DNA of 64,000 nt from Styela clava (taxonomy: Eukaryota): assembly GCF_964204865.1 (NCBI RefSeq), contig NC_135253.1, positions 3,472,001-3,536,000 on the forward strand, written 5' to 3'. Both the position numbers and the translations under genes were made by a program. The notes below the pieces were generated by a model that searched no databases, was not told where the DNA came from, and saw only the letters and a program-made list of their open reading frames with translations. Position 1 is the stretch's first letter. Each line of letters begins with the position of its first letter. Of this stretch, positions 57,211 through 64,000 are shown in pieces.

Positions 57211-58189
57211 ATCAGTAAAGTGTTTACGTGCAAATATTGTGATCATGCAATGGGATTTGGTTTTTAGAGCAAGTTGTTTGTGGTATCTATAATAATTTTC
57301 AGTCGATTTAGAAAATGCTGGTTGTTTGTCAGATGTTATTTTGCTGATAACTGAAACAAAAGTTACTGGTGAATATCACCTACATGCTAACCTATGCTGA
57401 ATTCTTTGTAAAGCTTGCAAATACAATCTCGGAATAAATTTTAAAATCCATTTGACTCTGGTTGAATGTTTCTTGTATGTAAACATTAGATAGAATGAAT
57501 TTTTTGGTCTTTCAATTGTAAGCAGCGTATACTTGATCATACTGTTGTGTCGCGTTTTTAACCGTTTTCGAATTGTGTGGTTCAAAATGACGTAAGCCAT
57601 GAATACATTCAAAATACCAACAGGGAAGTCACAACACAGCGGTTAGTGATTCAAACCAATGGGCATGAGTGCTCAAACCAATAATTGACAACGACACTGC
57701 GGGCTGCAATGATCTTATCTCATACTTTGATAGTCGAAGTGTACATATGGATCGTTTCGTTAATGTGTTGTTGTTTTTCATCGTATCGTATTATTAGTAC
57801 TAGTATTTCTTCTACTTGAAAAAATCGCTTTTCTGAACTCGCTACTGGACCAATTGCTTCGAAATTTTAGGTGGTTAAAGATTTTATTATTTTTATTTGT
57901 TACTGAATTTTCTATTAATCCTATGAAATTTGATAATACACCAAAATTTTTATTTATGGAAACACGTTTTTTATTTGGCCAAGCGTGATGCTGTCTTCTG
58001 TTTTGATTTTGCGAACTCTTGTTACGCGAAAGTCGGATAATTTATCGATACTGCTGGCAACACACTGTAGACTAAGTAAGTTGCTGCAAAAGTATAAAGT
58101 ACCATAAAATATTTGATATTACAGTTGTGAGTCAAATCATCTGGTATTTTATTTCACGTTAGCACTAGCCCACGATTCATCATCGTCAC

Positions 58190-58470
58190 AGAACCTGGCA
58201 AAGCTAGAAGAGTCAGTAATAAGAAAAAATATTTCAAATTACAGACCTATATTCATTCTATCTGCTATTGGTAAAGGCATTTGAACTTCTAATTCATAGA
58301 AGGCTTATGAACTTTCTCAAAAAGCATGACATACTAAATAAATCACAGTTCGGTTTCACCTCCTTACTATCTATTTAACAAGTAGAACACAATATGTAGA
58401 AATCGGCTCATACTGCTCCTCTGTCTTACCTGTGATCCATGGGGTCCCCCAGGGTTCTTGTTTATCGCCT
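58190..58470 (+). mobile_element. CR1/L2-type reverse transcriptase fragment, internally deleted
   Basis: NYRPIFILSAIGK / AFELLIHRRLMNFLKKHDILNKSQFGF (frameshifted), followed by HGVPQGSCLSP. Confidence 0.82.
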
Positions 58471-58684
58471 GAACAACCGAATTTTTCCAAGAACGAGATC
58501 CACATCAGGCTATTAATTCCCAACTCGAATCAAATTGCGTTTAATGGATCCATATGTGGCGCACTGGGTAGTAAAATAGATGAAAACTGGCCAAAACAAG
58601 AGACAACACGAAGAAACTTTGGAAACATAAATGCCAAGATGGCGGCGATCGAATTTTCCCGCGCTGCGACAACGCGAAACGAGA

Positions 58685-58753
58685 GAGAAGATCGTTCTAT
58701 GTATTTCCAGTTTAGTGGAGAGAAGATCGTTCTATGTATTTCCAGTTCAGTGG
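58685..58753. repeat. 2 x ~35-bp direct repeat upstream of HHIPL copy 2
   Basis: gagaagatcgttctatgtatttccagtt(t/c)agtgg twice in tandem. Confidence 0.85.
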
Positions 58754-58857
58754 TTGAATTCGGAAAAAAAAGATATCGGATTTTGAACGCCAAAGGGTAT
58801 ATCTAACCTAGTTCAGGTTTATGTAAGTGCCCGTTGAAAACAAATAGAGAATAGTTT

Positions 58858-64000
<5,143 letters not shown>

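Noticed and set aside
58432-58806. 124-aa ORF upstream of HHIPL copy 2
   Set aside because: Chance fusion of an RT fragment (GVPQGS) with non-coding and tandem-duplicated sequence.

Overview
AT-rich, intron-containing animal genomic DNA with no prokaryotic features. An ascidian or similar marine invertebrate is likely, but that is inference only. The window is a tandem-duplication hotspot holding three families of secretory-pathway genes. (1) Three GT10 alpha-1,3/4-fucosyltransferase copies: A (5' part upstream of the window), B (intact, 495 aa) and C (pseudogene). (2) Two head-to-head pairs of 3-exon beta-microseminoprotein-like genes, each with an extra ~60-aa module carrying 2 Cys. (3) Two 12-exon HHIP-like genes; the second has a 5-bp frameshift. 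A ~15.4-kb segment (about 12561-28008) is duplicated in tandem (about 28009-44800), and both copies end in the 9-bp-repeat arm of a foldback-type transposon family. A complete 4.3-kb copy of that family, with TIRs, a 9-bp TSD and a LINE fragment as cargo, sits 42 bp from the junction inside exon 1 of FUT copy C. Also present are several hAT-type MITEs, a P/hAT-like element, a Chapaev3-like relic and a CR1/L2-type RT fragment. The long low-complexity ORFs in the track (TCP, WDK, HLS repeats) are by-products of the 9-bp arrays. Gene models were built by hand from GT-AG sites, exon phase and paralog comparison; no database search was run.
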